Shown here piece after piece: positions 18,278-27,968 of a stretch of DNA of 44,293 nt. The notes beneath the pieces are model-generated. The model ran no database searches, had not been told where the DNA came from, and saw nothing but the letters and a program-made list of their open reading frames with translations. Position 1 is the stretch's first letter; the number at the start of each line of letters is the position of its first letter. Origin of the DNA: an uncultured Gammaproteobacteria bacterium (GTDB lineage Bacteria > Patescibacteriota > Microgenomatia > Woykebacterales > RBG-16-39-9b); NCBI GenBank assembly GCA_964367355.1, contig CAYIWY010000007.1, positions 37,961-82,253 on the forward strand. The letters are read 5' to 3'. The position numbers were made by a program, and so were the translations under genes.

Positions 18278-20536
18278 ATGCCCAAGTTTGTTAAAAAACT
18301 AGTTTCAGTAGCAATCGTTGTCGGAATTGCTTTTCAGCTTGTTCCAACCACCGAAGTAAAAGCAGTAATTTCTTCTTGTGGTGCTGAAGTAGATATTCAT
18401 GATGTCGTCCCGACAAGCGAGAATCTTTTTAACTTCACTGTTAACAATACTGATTCAAACACTGTGCAATGGGTAACCATCACCAGACCTTCCGGCAACT
18501 TTACTCTTATCGGAGCACAGGTGAATGGTTGGGGCAGTTCTGTGACAGCTGAAGTTGCTACTTTCACCCTTGGATCAATTGTTTCTGGCGGAAGCCACAG
18601 TTTTGGAATTCGAGCTTCGGCTGCCGATGTTCAAGCAAGTTCAGCCAATTGGGTCGTTAAAGTGTCAGACGACCCAAACGGTGCCAACCCTTTTAGTTGT
18701 GCTGGGGCTTTGGGTACTTCGATTAGTGGTTCAGCACCCGATACCACACCCCCGACGATTTCAAACATTTCAATGTCAGGTCTGACCTCCAACTCGATTA
18801 CCATCAGCTGGATGACTGACGAGCTGGCAACTTCAAAAATTTACTATGGATTGGATGATAGCTACGGTTCTGAAAAAAGTGACTTAGCTTTGAAAACAAG
18901 TCACACAGTTACTTTAACAGGATTAACTTCAGATATCGGTTACCATTTTCAGGTGGAAAGTGTTGACGGGTCTGGAAATAGCGCTCAATCTGGGGACAAT
19001 ACTTTTCTCACACCAGTTCCTAGTCAGTCTGGATTTACAAATAATGCTAGTTCCAGTAACTTTTCTTCCAGCGAAAGTACTTTGAAAAAATTGAAATTAA
19101 CTTCAACTGAAAAAATTCCCCCCACAATCACAATTGCAACCGATTTTTCCAAGCCTTTCGTGACTGCTCCGACAATAGTTGGGACAGCTGCCGATAATGT
19201 TGGTGTTTACAGTGTTGAGTATTCCACTGACTCTGGTAAAAATTGGCTGCCGGCCGATAAACAAACTGGTCTGGGCGGGAAAAGTGTTAGCTTTGAGTTT
19301 AAACCGCTAAATCTTGATGATGGAAATTATAAGATCGTCGCTCGGGCGACCGATACTTCCGGCAATCAAACCCTCTCGCAAACTTACACGTTGATTATTG
19401 ACCGTCTGCCGCCAACTGTTGGGGGTAGTGTTATTTCCATCGGTCCGCAAATCCTCAAACCCGATAAAGATGGAATCGTCACTACGGTTGTCGGTATTGA
19501 TCAAAAAGTTACGGTTAGTTCGGTGGGTGGGGCAACGCAAGTCAGTATCCGTGCGATTACTAGTACATCTAAGACAAATTCCGACGGCAATGTTTTTGCG
19601 CTTTCACGCTCGAACCAAACCGGTCTTTGGTCAGGAATCTTAAGTTTTTCCAAAAAAGGCCTGCACAATTTAATAGTCGAAGCAAGTGATGGAGCCGGCA
19701 ACAAGACAAAACGGGACTTTGGCAAAATCTACGCTTTGTCTGGTGGTCAAATAACCGAGAAAGATTCTAAAAAAGTAGTAACTCAAGCCAAAATTACCCT
19801 CTTTTATCTCGAGCCGGATTCAAATTCCTGGGTGGTTTGGGACGGCTCTTCCTACGGGCAGCAAAATCCGCAGACGAGTAAGGCTGGTCAGTTTAGACTT
19901 TTTACCCCAGCCGGAAAGTACTATCTGCAGGTTGCTGGGGATGGTTACAAAACCGTGATCAGTAAGATTTTTGAGGTAAATCAAACGATGCCGCTAGCTA
20001 AAAAAATTTCCCTCGAGAAAGCTACCAAGATTGGTTTTGGCGCTTTTTCCTTCACTATCCCGTCTTTGACAATTGAAAAAATCTCTCTACAGCAAGCCCC
20101 TGAAAAAGTTAACCCAACCAAGAGCATAGGATCTCTGGTAAACAAAACCCTACCGAGTTTTAACCTTGAGAAAACTAGTGGGGGAACAATCAATCAAGTG
20201 CAGTTGGCCGGTAAGCCAACTCTCCTTAGTTTTGTCTCAACCTGGTCGCCAGCTTCACAGGAGCAGTTTCAGGTTTTGGATAAATTGCAACAAAACCAGG
20301 ATTTAAATATCACCCCGATTGCAGTTATGGAATCTTCAGCGAAAATTGTCGCCTACAAAGTAATTTCGAAACTAAAATTGGATTATTTAGTTGACCCGGA
20401 TGGAGCGACCATAAATTCTTTCGGCTACCAAAGCTTGCCGACCCACTATTTTGTCAACCGTAAAGGTCTTATCAAAAGAATAGTGGTTGGAGTATTATCA
20501 GAGAAGGAAATAATCAACGGTCTAGGAGGTTTATAA
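18278..20536 (+). CDS. Secreted multidomain protein: FN3-like, Ig-like, CarboxypepD_reg-like and a C-terminal thioredoxin-fold (TlpA/redoxin-like) domain lacking the CxxC cysteines
   Basis: The track starts at TTG 18236. An ATG at 18278 gives the signal peptide MPKFVKKLVSVAIVVGIAFQLVPTTEVKA. FN3-like segment: PPTISNISMSGLTSNSITISWMTDELATSKIYYG...YHFQVESVDGSGN. C-terminal redoxin-like segment: LAGKPTLLSFVSTWSPASQEQ...LPTHYFVNRKG. Confidence 0.7.
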   Translation: MPKFVKKLVSVAIVVGIAFQLVPTTEVKAVISSCGAEVDIHDVVPTSENLFNFTVNNTDSNTVQWVTITRPSGNFTLIGAQVNGWGSSVTAEVATFTLGSIVSGGSHSFGIRASAADVQASSANWVVKVSDDPNGANPFSCAGALGTSISGSAPDTTPPTISNISMSGLTSNSITISWMTDELATSKIYYGLDDSYGSEKSDLALKTSHTVTLTGLTSDIGYHFQVESVDGSGNSAQSGDNTFLTPVPSQSGFTNNASSSNFSSSESTLKKLKLTSTEKIPPTITIATDFSKPFVTAPTIVGTAADNVGVYSVEYSTDSGKNWLPADKQTGLGGKSVSFEFKPLNLDDGNYKIVARATDTSGNQTLSQTYTLIIDRLPPTVGGSVISIGPQILKPDKDGIVTTVVGIDQKVTVSSVGGATQVSIRAITSTSKTNSDGNVFALSRSNQTGLWSGILSFSKKGLHNLIVEASDGAGNKTKRDFGKIYALSGGQITEKDSKKVVTQAKITLFYLEPDSNSWVVWDGSSYGQQNPQTSKAGQFRLFTPAGKYYLQVAGDGYKTVISKIFEVNQTMPLAKKISLEKATKIGFGAFSFTIPSLTIEKISLQQAPEKVNPTKSIGSLVNKTLPSFNLEKTSGGTINQVQLAGKPTLLSFVSTWSPASQEQFQVLDKLQQNQDLNITPIAVMESSAKIVAYKVISKLKLDYLVDPDGATINSFGYQSLPTHYFVNRKGLIKRIVVGVLSEKEIINGLGGL

Positions 20537-20539
20537 CAT

Positions 20540-22138
20540 ATGCTGTCCCTTGTGTTTATCAGTCAAAACTTACACTTCGCAATCAACCTCTTTGCTGCAT
20601 TAGTGTGTTTTGCTGTTTTTTGGCTCTATTTTGACGCTTGGTTATCCCGAACGAAGAAGAAACAGACCCTGCTTTGGTTGGGATTTCTGCTGCTGTGTGT
20701 TTCTTTCTTGGTTCAGGCTACGGTGATCGAACAAGCTGTTTTGGGGAATTCTTTTCTAGGCAATTTTTCCGAAGGGTTATCTAGTGCAATTAGGATCTTG
20801 GGGTATTTACTGATCATTTTTGGTCAGATCAGAGACCCACTGCAGGCTGTTCCTACTACCGAAGGGCTCAAACTAGAAAAAGCCCCAGCTATATCTGGCC
20901 TTGGGTTTATTAGTAATAGTTTAGTGTTGCTACCACCAGTCGGTAGTTTGGTCTGTGGGTTGCTCTATTGGAGGAGGGCAACTACTGGTCTGGAAAAACA
21001 TTTACGCCGCGTGGCCCTAGCTTTTTTTGGTTTAAGTCTTTTTGAGTTGCTGTCTTTATCAAAGTTCTTGCAAGGCTCCGACAATCCTTTTTTGTACAGC
21101 CTGTCATCGAGTTTTGGTTTGATTTGGTATCTGGAACAGATAGTTTTAGTAGTCAGTATCGCTCTTCTTGGTTTATGGGTCTGGCAATACCTGGTGACGC
21201 GTCTGCAGAGCCAACTGTTTATGATTTTTACAAGTGCGGTTCTGGGAATTTTCCTGCTGACAACGGTCAGTTTTACCTTCCTTTTGTTGAATAATATCCA
21301 GAATGAGTCTTTGAGCAATCTCGCCACAGCCACGAATGTTTTGAATTACTCACTCGGTTCCAAAAAAGAGGAAATTTTGTCGACAACCGAGAGTCTCGCA
21401 TCCAATCCCGATATCGTCAGGGCACTTGCTGAAAAGGATCACAAAAAGTTGAATAGCTTGGTTCAAAAACTTCTGGAAACAAAAGCAAAATCATCGATTC
21501 TAGTTACGGATGAGTCCGGAATGGTACTCTCAAGAGCCGAAGAACCCGATCGTTGGGGTGACTCAATCTCTGATGACCCACTGACGCGGCGGGCGCTAGT
21601 CGGGCTTGCAGGAACAAGTACGGTCGCGCAGGAAGGAGTACTCGCGCCTTTAGTTTATATCAAATCAGCAGTTCCGGTGCGGGATGCCAACAAAAACATT
21701 ATTGGCAGTTTGACCTCTGGGGTTTTGATCGACAATGCCTTTGTGGATGGAGTAAAAACTACAACGGGGTTGGACAGTGCGATCTATGCCGGCAATGTCC
21801 GATCTGCCACTACCTTTCTGGCAGCCGATGGCAAGTCGCGCTGGATCGGGGTCAAGGAAGAAAATCCGGAAATCAAAGACCAAGTTCTCAAAAAAGGGGA
21901 CACCTTCAAAGGTAGCGTCGAGGTGCTCAACAGACCCTTTATTGGCGCCTACAGCCCGCTGCGCGATGTCAATAACGACATTGTCGGTATGATCTTTATC
22001 GGCAAGCCGCAAAGCTCAATCTTGTTGGTGGCAGGCAAGAGTATCGAACTGACCTTTTTAGTGGCAGTACTTCTGATCTCACTATCGATAATTCCGTCTT
22101 TCTTGGTGTCGCGTTACCTGAGTAAGCAGCTTTCTTAA
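20540..22138 (+). CDS. Polytopic membrane sensor with an extracytoplasmic double-Cache-like domain and no output domain
   Basis: About 7 N-terminal TM helices, then a ~270-aa soluble region between two TM helices (size and pattern fit dCache). The protein ends just after the last TM (..SRYLSKQLS), where a HAMP domain would begin. The next gene starts 4 nt later. Confidence 0.55.
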   Translation: MLSLVFISQNLHFAINLFAALVCFAVFWLYFDAWLSRTKKKQTLLWLGFLLLCVSFLVQATVIEQAVLGNSFLGNFSEGLSSAIRILGYLLIIFGQIRDPLQAVPTTEGLKLEKAPAISGLGFISNSLVLLPPVGSLVCGLLYWRRATTGLEKHLRRVALAFFGLSLFELLSLSKFLQGSDNPFLYSLSSSFGLIWYLEQIVLVVSIALLGLWVWQYLVTRLQSQLFMIFTSAVLGIFLLTTVSFTFLLLNNIQNESLSNLATATNVLNYSLGSKKEEILSTTESLASNPDIVRALAEKDHKKLNSLVQKLLETKAKSSILVTDESGMVLSRAEEPDRWGDSISDDPLTRRALVGLAGTSTVAQEGVLAPLVYIKSAVPVRDANKNIIGSLTSGVLIDNAFVDGVKTTTGLDSAIYAGNVRSATTFLAADGKSRWIGVKEENPEIKDQVLKKGDTFKGSVEVLNRPFIGAYSPLRDVNNDIVGMIFIGKPQSSILLVAGKSIELTFLVAVLLISLSIIPSFLVSRYLSKQLS

Positions 22139-22141
22139 ACT

Positions 22142-23284
22142 ATGAACAAAGTCCAAACAAAATTAATTATCTTTGCATTTTTTCTCGCTATTGGTTTGGG
22201 TATTGGTTCATTTTATTTTAGTTACTCAAATCTTCAAAGTGTCGAACAATTATTCAACTCAAGGCAAGAAGAAAAGGAGACTCTTTTTGATAGTCTAACC
22301 AAGCTTAAATCTTCTTCCTTGTTGGCCTATGCTTACGATTACACTTACTGGGATGATATGGTGAATCTGGTTGAGAAGGGTGATGACAAATTTGCCAAAG
22401 AAAATATTGATCCCAGCCTTTCCACGTATAAAGCCAACGCGGCTTGGGTGTATCGACTAGATTTCTCGGGAGTATACGCAGTAAACGACCTTGAAGATGA
22501 GGACTTAAAAACCTTTCCTTTACCAACAGCGTCTCTTAAAAAAATCTTTGTCGGTAGCCTTTTTCCGCATTTTTACGTTCTCACCCCCAAGGGTGTTATG
22601 GAGATAGCCGGTGCTCCAATCCAGCCCAGTACTGATGTTGAGCGCAAAAGCTCACCTCGTGGTTATTTTCTAGTCGGAAGGCTTTGGGACAAAGCCTATC
22701 TTGATGAATTGTCTACTTTTATGGCAGGCGAGGTCGAGCGGGATGCTACAGATGATACCAAACACGAGTTTGTGAGCGATCTGAAGCAGGGTATTGTTAT
22801 TTTTCGACGCGAATTGACTGGCTTTGATGGGAAAAGTGTCGATCGTATCCACGTTGAGGTCAAAACACCCATAACCACAGTCTTGAATAAAACCTCAACC
22901 AACCAATTTGCTTTCCAAATCATTGGACCGCTTTCGGCAGCTATTTTGATGATGGCTGTTCTTTTTCTTTGGGTAATTCGACCGCTTGGTTTGGTTTCCA
23001 AAAGTTTGGAAAAAGGAGATTCTAAGTTTATCGAACGTTTGCGTAATAGTAAATCTGAGTTTGGTCAGATTGCTAACATGATCGCCAAGTTCCTCGAACA
23101 GAAGACTTCTTTGGAGAAAGAAGTGTCAGAGCATTTTCGGGCGCAGAAGGAATTGGAAAAACAAAAAGACGAACTAGAGCGGATCAATAAAACCATGATT
23201 GACCGGGAACTGCGAATGGTTGGGCTGAAAAAAGAAATTGAAAATTATAAAGACCAGCTTTCCCAAAAGGAGAAAAAAACTTAA
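22142..23284 (+). CDS. Membrane sensor with a CHASE4-like periplasmic domain, a second TM helix and a C-terminal coiled coil; no output domain
   Basis: AYAYDYTYWDDMVNLVEKGDDKFAKENID matches the CHASE4 signature (dYa.WDDty.fv). TM helices lie at about aa 8-28 and about aa 258-280. The C-terminus reads ..INKTMIDRELRMVGLKKEIENYK. Confidence 0.6.
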   Translation: MNKVQTKLIIFAFFLAIGLGIGSFYFSYSNLQSVEQLFNSRQEEKETLFDSLTKLKSSSLLAYAYDYTYWDDMVNLVEKGDDKFAKENIDPSLSTYKANAAWVYRLDFSGVYAVNDLEDEDLKTFPLPTASLKKIFVGSLFPHFYVLTPKGVMEIAGAPIQPSTDVERKSSPRGYFLVGRLWDKAYLDELSTFMAGEVERDATDDTKHEFVSDLKQGIVIFRRELTGFDGKSVDRIHVEVKTPITTVLNKTSTNQFAFQIIGPLSAAILMMAVLFLWVIRPLGLVSKSLEKGDSKFIERLRNSKSEFGQIANMIAKFLEQKTSLEKEVSEHFRAQKELEKQKDELERINKTMIDRELRMVGLKKEIENYKDQLSQKEKKT

Positions 23285-23286
23285 AC

Positions 23287-24189
23287 ATGGTTGAAAGTCT
23301 GTTAACCCCAATCTCAAAGGATGCAAAAGAAATAAAAACGAAAGCCAGGCTGAGCGCGCTTCTAGGTGCCTTGGAAAAAATTGCCATAGTTTCCGCGACC
23401 GATATAGGTGGAAATATAACCTACGTCAATGAAAAATTTATTGATATTTCCAAATATTCCCGAGAGGAACTCATCGGCAAAAACCACCGCATTCTGAAGT
23501 CCGGTTACCACGACGAAGCATTTTTTAAAAATCTCTGGGAGACGATTTCGACTGGGGAAATTTGGCGCGGAGAAATCAAAAATAAGGCCAAAGACGGTAG
23601 CTTCTATTGGGTTGATTCCTCAATTAGCCCGACATTTGACGACAGCGGCAAAATCATGGGCTATGTTGCCGCGCGTTTTCCGATAACCGAGCTGAAGCAG
23701 GAGCAAGAGGCCTTGAATGAAAGCGAGAAAAAATTCCGTGCTCTAATCGAGAATTCAAAAGATCTCATTTCAATTCTTAGTTTTGACGGGACGATAAAAT
23801 ACGAATCGCCTTCGATTAAGGAAATGTTGGGCTATAGTCAAGATGAGCTTGTGGGGGAAAATGCCTTTAATTTTATTCACCCGGATGATTTGGCAGCCGT
23901 GAAAGAAAAATTTGCAGAAGTAATTAAAAATCCGGGAAAAGTGCAGAAGGTCGACTTCCGTTTCCTTCACAAAAGTGGTACTTGGCTGGTTTTGGAGTCA
24001 ATTGGAAATTATGATACTAAAGATGCTGTCCCAGAAGTGGTGGTTAATTCTCGGGATATCACTGCTAGAAAAGAAGCTGAAAACAATCTTGAAAAGATGA
24101 ACCAATTTATGATTGACCGCGAACTGAAAATGATTGAGTTGAAGCAAAAGATCGCCGAACTTGAAGGTAAGCCGAAGGAAGAGAAATAA
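23287..24189 (+). CDS. Cytoplasmic tandem PAS-domain protein, no output domain
   Basis: Two PAS-like segments: IVSATDIGGNITYVNEKFIDISKYSREELIGKNHRIL.. and LISILSFDGTIKYESPSIKEMLGYSQDELVGENAFNFIHPDD. The C-terminus reads ..MNQFMIDRELKMIELKQKIAEL. Confidence 0.75.
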   Translation: MVESLLTPISKDAKEIKTKARLSALLGALEKIAIVSATDIGGNITYVNEKFIDISKYSREELIGKNHRILKSGYHDEAFFKNLWETISTGEIWRGEIKNKAKDGSFYWVDSSISPTFDDSGKIMGYVAARFPITELKQEQEALNESEKKFRALIENSKDLISILSFDGTIKYESPSIKEMLGYSQDELVGENAFNFIHPDDLAAVKEKFAEVIKNPGKVQKVDFRFLHKSGTWLVLESIGNYDTKDAVPEVVVNSRDITARKEAENNLEKMNQFMIDRELKMIELKQKIAELEGKPKEEK

Positions 24190-26517
24190 ATGGACACCCC
24201 AGAAAAAGTTTCGGGTAATATTGATTTTTCTCAGAAGACCAAACTGATTTATCAGTTTTCCAGTGTTGGTTTTGTCTCTTTGATTATTTTCGGAATCGTT
24301 AACTTATCGCAAGGGCAGACTTCTTCCGGAATAGCTGAGCTTGTTTTTGGCCTGGCTATTTTAGGTAATGTTGTCTATCTGCGCTGGCAGAAAAGTGTAG
24401 AATTTGCCACCAACGGTGTACTTTTCTTGATGTTGGGCGTTTTAGCTTTTCTCTTGGTTGATGGGGGGATTGATAAATCCGGGCTTTTTTGGTTTTATAC
24501 CTACCCAGCTTTAGCCTTTTTTCTCAAAGGCCGCAAGAAGGGATTATATTGGATTTTAGTACTATTATTGATGATCGCCACAGTTACAGTTATGAGTATG
24601 TTAGCTTTGGTGGAAATACCTTTTTCCGAGGTGATTGTCCGTCAGCTCTTGGTTAGTTTAGTGGCGGTTTCCTTTTTAATCTATTTCTACCAACAGGTTA
24701 ATGAAAAAAAAGAAAAATTGCTCGACATTGATCGAGCCGACCATGAAGAACAAGCAAAGATTCTTGTGGAGAAGGACCAAGTTATCGAGGAAACGCTAAA
24801 AAGCATTGAAGGGCAAAATCAAAATTTGTCCAATACTAAAATGGCCATGCTCAATGTTTTGGAGGATGCCAAAGAACTGCAGAATAAACTAGAATCCCAA
24901 GCTGACGATTTGCGCAAATTCCAACTCGCCACCCAAAGTTCCTATGAGCACATTATCATCACGGATAGTAAAGGTGTGATACTTTATGCCAATCCCGGGG
25001 CGGCTCGAAACACTGGTTACTCAATTGAAGAAATGATTGGCAAGACCACCGCTCTTTGGGGTGGGCAAATGGATAAAGAGTATTACAAGGAGATGTGGCA
25101 GATATTGGTAGTCAAAAAACAGCCCTTCGTTAATGAGATTACCAACAAACGCAAGAACGGGGATAAGTATATCGCACAGCTAAAAGTATCACCGATATTG
25201 GACGATCAAGGTGAGATTAAGTTTTTTGTTGGGTTGGAAAATGATGTTACCACAGAACGAAAATTGGCAGCCAATTTGCGAGAAGAGAAAGAGGGTGTTG
25301 AGATCAAGGTTAAAGAGCGGACTAAAGAACTGCAAGCAGAGCAAGGGAAACTACAAGCCTCAATCAACAGCTTAAACGTTGGTTTCGTCATGACCGACAC
25401 GCAGTTTAAGGTTGTTAATATCAACTCTACTGCCAAAAGAATCCTTTGTATCGACGATTTCAAAGCAATATTGCATGCTCCGGGTAATATTGGTTCCAAC
25501 TGTAGTCTCGAAGATATTGAGGAGAACCTTAAAGGTGTGGTTGATATTCGAGAAAATATCAAAAAATGTTTGAACGAGAAAAATATTATCAATATTGATG
25601 ACATCAGTTTTAACAATCGCTTTCTACATTTCTTCCTCTCCCCAATTGCACTCTACAGAGAAAAACTGGACATCATCGGGGTGGTAATTTTGGTAGAGGA
25701 TGTTACGGAAGCCAAGATTTTGGCCAGAAGTAAAGACGAGTTTTTCTCGATTGCTTCCCATGAACTGCGCACACCACTGACCGCGATCCGCGGTAATACT
25801 GCTTTGATGAAGGACTACTACTTTGACAAAATTGAGGATAAAGATCTGAAAGTTATGATCGGTGATATTCATGAATCCTCGGTACGTCTGATCCAGATCG
25901 TCAATGATTTCTTGGATACTTCCCGTTTGGAACAGCGCCGAATCGAGTTTCACAATGAAGATTTCGACCTGCCGACTGTAATTGAGGAAGTCAGCAAGGA
26001 ACTGGAGCCCAATCTGGCAACTTCAGAGCTATATTTAAAACTGAAACCTTCTAATGTGCCGGTTCCACTGGTGATTGCCGATCGTGACAGAGTTAAACAA
26101 ATATTGATCAACTTAATTGGCAACGCCATTAAATTTACCAAAGAAGGTGGGATCACAATTGCTCTTACACCAACTGGTTCGGTTGTAAAAATCTCAATTA
26201 CTGATACTGGCCAAGGTTTGACTGAGGTGAGTAAGAACTTACTTTTCCGTAAATTCCAGCAAGCAGAAGACAACATTCTGACTCGAGACGCGACCAGAGG
26301 AACAGGGCTGGGGCTTTATATCTCCAAACTTCTGGTTGAAGGTATGGGCGGAAAAATTTATCTGGAAAACTCGCAGGAAAAGAAAGGCTCAACCTTTAGT
26401 TTTGAGCTGCAGGCAGTAGCTAAGACAGAAGTGATCGCCCCGAAGGAAGAGGTTAAAAAGAAAAGAGTGTTCAAATCAAAAGCTAAAAAGGGAAAGAAGA
26501 AGGTTGCTAAAAAATAG
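24190..26517 (+). CDS. Sensor histidine kinase (multi-TM N-terminus, coiled coil, PAS, HisKA, HATPase_c, polybasic tail)
   Basis: H-box FFSIASHELRTPLTAIRGN, N-box LINLIGNAIKFT, G-boxes DTGQGL and GTGLGLYISKLLVEGMGGKI. The ATG directly abuts the upstream stop (TAAATG). The C-terminal tail is KKKRVFKSKAKKGKKKVAKK. Confidence 0.9.
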   Translation: MDTPEKVSGNIDFSQKTKLIYQFSSVGFVSLIIFGIVNLSQGQTSSGIAELVFGLAILGNVVYLRWQKSVEFATNGVLFLMLGVLAFLLVDGGIDKSGLFWFYTYPALAFFLKGRKKGLYWILVLLLMIATVTVMSMLALVEIPFSEVIVRQLLVSLVAVSFLIYFYQQVNEKKEKLLDIDRADHEEQAKILVEKDQVIEETLKSIEGQNQNLSNTKMAMLNVLEDAKELQNKLESQADDLRKFQLATQSSYEHIIITDSKGVILYANPGAARNTGYSIEEMIGKTTALWGGQMDKEYYKEMWQILVVKKQPFVNEITNKRKNGDKYIAQLKVSPILDDQGEIKFFVGLENDVTTERKLAANLREEKEGVEIKVKERTKELQAEQGKLQASINSLNVGFVMTDTQFKVVNINSTAKRILCIDDFKAILHAPGNIGSNCSLEDIEENLKGVVDIRENIKKCLNEKNIINIDDISFNNRFLHFFLSPIALYREKLDIIGVVILVEDVTEAKILARSKDEFFSIASHELRTPLTAIRGNTALMKDYYFDKIEDKDLKVMIGDIHESSVRLIQIVNDFLDTSRLEQRRIEFHNEDFDLPTVIEEVSKELEPNLATSELYLKLKPSNVPVPLVIADRDRVKQILINLIGNAIKFTKEGGITIALTPTGSVVKISITDTGQGLTEVSKNLLFRKFQQAEDNILTRDATRGTGLGLYISKLLVEGMGGKIYLENSQEKKGSTFSFELQAVAKTEVIAPKEEVKKKRVFKSKAKKGKKKVAKK

Positions 26518-26542
26518 CTGCTAGCAGTATAATTTTTCTAAT

Positions 26543-26938
26543 ATGGCTAAACTTTTAATCGTTGAAGACGACCAACTTATTTCCAGGTTGTATGAGAAAA
26601 TTTTTACCTTTGAAAAATACGAGGTTATTTTAGCGGATAACGGTCAGGATGGTTTAGATAAGGCCAGAACCGAGAGTCCGACAATGATACTGCTCGATAT
26701 TATGATGCCGAAGATGAACGGTTTGCAGGTACTGGAGAAGCTTAAGGCCGACCCGGACCTGAAAAAGATCCCGGTGGTGATGCTCACCAATCTTGCCGGG
26801 GATAAAGATGCCGAGACCGCGCTTTCCAAAGGTGCGGTCAAATACATCATCAAATCCAACCAAGACCCCAAGCAAGTTTCCGATATGGTCAAAGAAGTTC
26901 TCGCTGGTTACACCCGCGACGAAGTCCCCGGTGGTTGA
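26543..26938 (+). CDS. Single-domain CheY-like response-regulator receiver
   Basis: KLLIVEDD...MILLDIMMPKMNGLQVLEKLK...VVMLTNL...K. 131 aa with no output domain. Confidence 0.9.
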   Translation: MAKLLIVEDDQLISRLYEKIFTFEKYEVILADNGQDGLDKARTESPTMILLDIMMPKMNGLQVLEKLKADPDLKKIPVVMLTNLAGDKDAETALSKGAVKYIIKSNQDPKQVSDMVKEVLAGYTRDEVPGG

Positions 26939-26999
26939 TTGTGCAACCCGTCGTTCTCCTATTGTTTCAAGTCTCAAAATAGGATAATATTTTGCAATC

Positions 27000-27938
27000 G
27001 TGAAAATAAATACAACTGTTTTAAAGATAGCTGTTGTGGTGAGCCTAATACTCAATATCGGTCTTTCCGTTTTTATTTTTACCAGACCAGAATTGGGGAA
27101 TAATGAACAAGCAAATTTGCCCTATCTTTCGAAGAGAGTATTTCTTGAAGACCCAAACGATATTTTGATTAATTTTGTTCCTTTGAGGACTAAGCTTCGT
27201 TCTTTCTTGGATACTAAACCAAACGTCAGTATTTATTTTGAATATTTACCCTCTGGTACTTCGATTGGGATAAACGATACTACCAACTTTGCTCAAGCAA
27301 GTTTAGTCAAAGTACCGGTAGCGATGGCAATTTACAAGCAAATTGAGAACGGCCAACTTAACCTTGGAAAAACCTTAGAACTGAAAAATGAGCATCTTGA
27401 TAACCAGTTTGGCGAACTTTGGAAAAAAGGGGAGGGTGCCCAAATTACAGTTGAGCAAGCAGTTTTACTTAGTCTCATAGAGTCCGATAATACCGCAACG
27501 AAGCTTTTGATTTCTATTCTACCATTGGGGTTTGCGGATCAAGTCTATGACTATCTTGATATACCAAAGCAAAGCCTTGGAAACATGCCAATTATATCGG
27601 CAAAAAATTATTCCTCTATTTTCCGAAGTTTGTATTTGGCTGCCTATCTGACAGAAGAAAACTCGAATGAGATTCTTGATATACTCACCCGGACAAAATT
27701 TAACGACAAACTACCAGCTGCGGTTCCAACTGACATAAAAATAGCCCACAAAGTAGGAGAGTTTGAGGATCAAAAATCTAACAAATCAGTTTACAGTGAC
27801 TGCGGTATCGTTTTCCTGCCTAAAAGAACCTACAATCTTTGTATTATGGTCTCCGATTCCACCGAAGCGGACGCCGCTTCCAGCATACAGCAAACCTCCA
27901 AAATAGTATTTGAGTACGTTCATTCAGTCAACAGATAA
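27000..27938 (+). CDS. Membrane-anchored class-A beta-lactamase-like serine hydrolase
   Basis: GTG start. N-terminal TM helix. SxxK (FAQASLVKV), SDN (IESDNTA) and a K(T/S)G-like motif (AHKVGE) occur in the canonical order and spacing. Confidence 0.65.
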   Translation: MKINTTVLKIAVVVSLILNIGLSVFIFTRPELGNNEQANLPYLSKRVFLEDPNDILINFVPLRTKLRSFLDTKPNVSIYFEYLPSGTSIGINDTTNFAQASLVKVPVAMAIYKQIENGQLNLGKTLELKNEHLDNQFGELWKKGEGAQITVEQAVLLSLIESDNTATKLLISILPLGFADQVYDYLDIPKQSLGNMPIISAKNYSSIFRSLYLAAYLTEENSNEILDILTRTKFNDKLPAAVPTDIKIAHKVGEFEDQKSNKSVYSDCGIVFLPKRTYNLCIMVSDSTEADAASSIQQTSKIVFEYVHSVNR

Positions 27939-27968
27939 AAGCTATTAAACATAAGTTAAAGAATTGAG

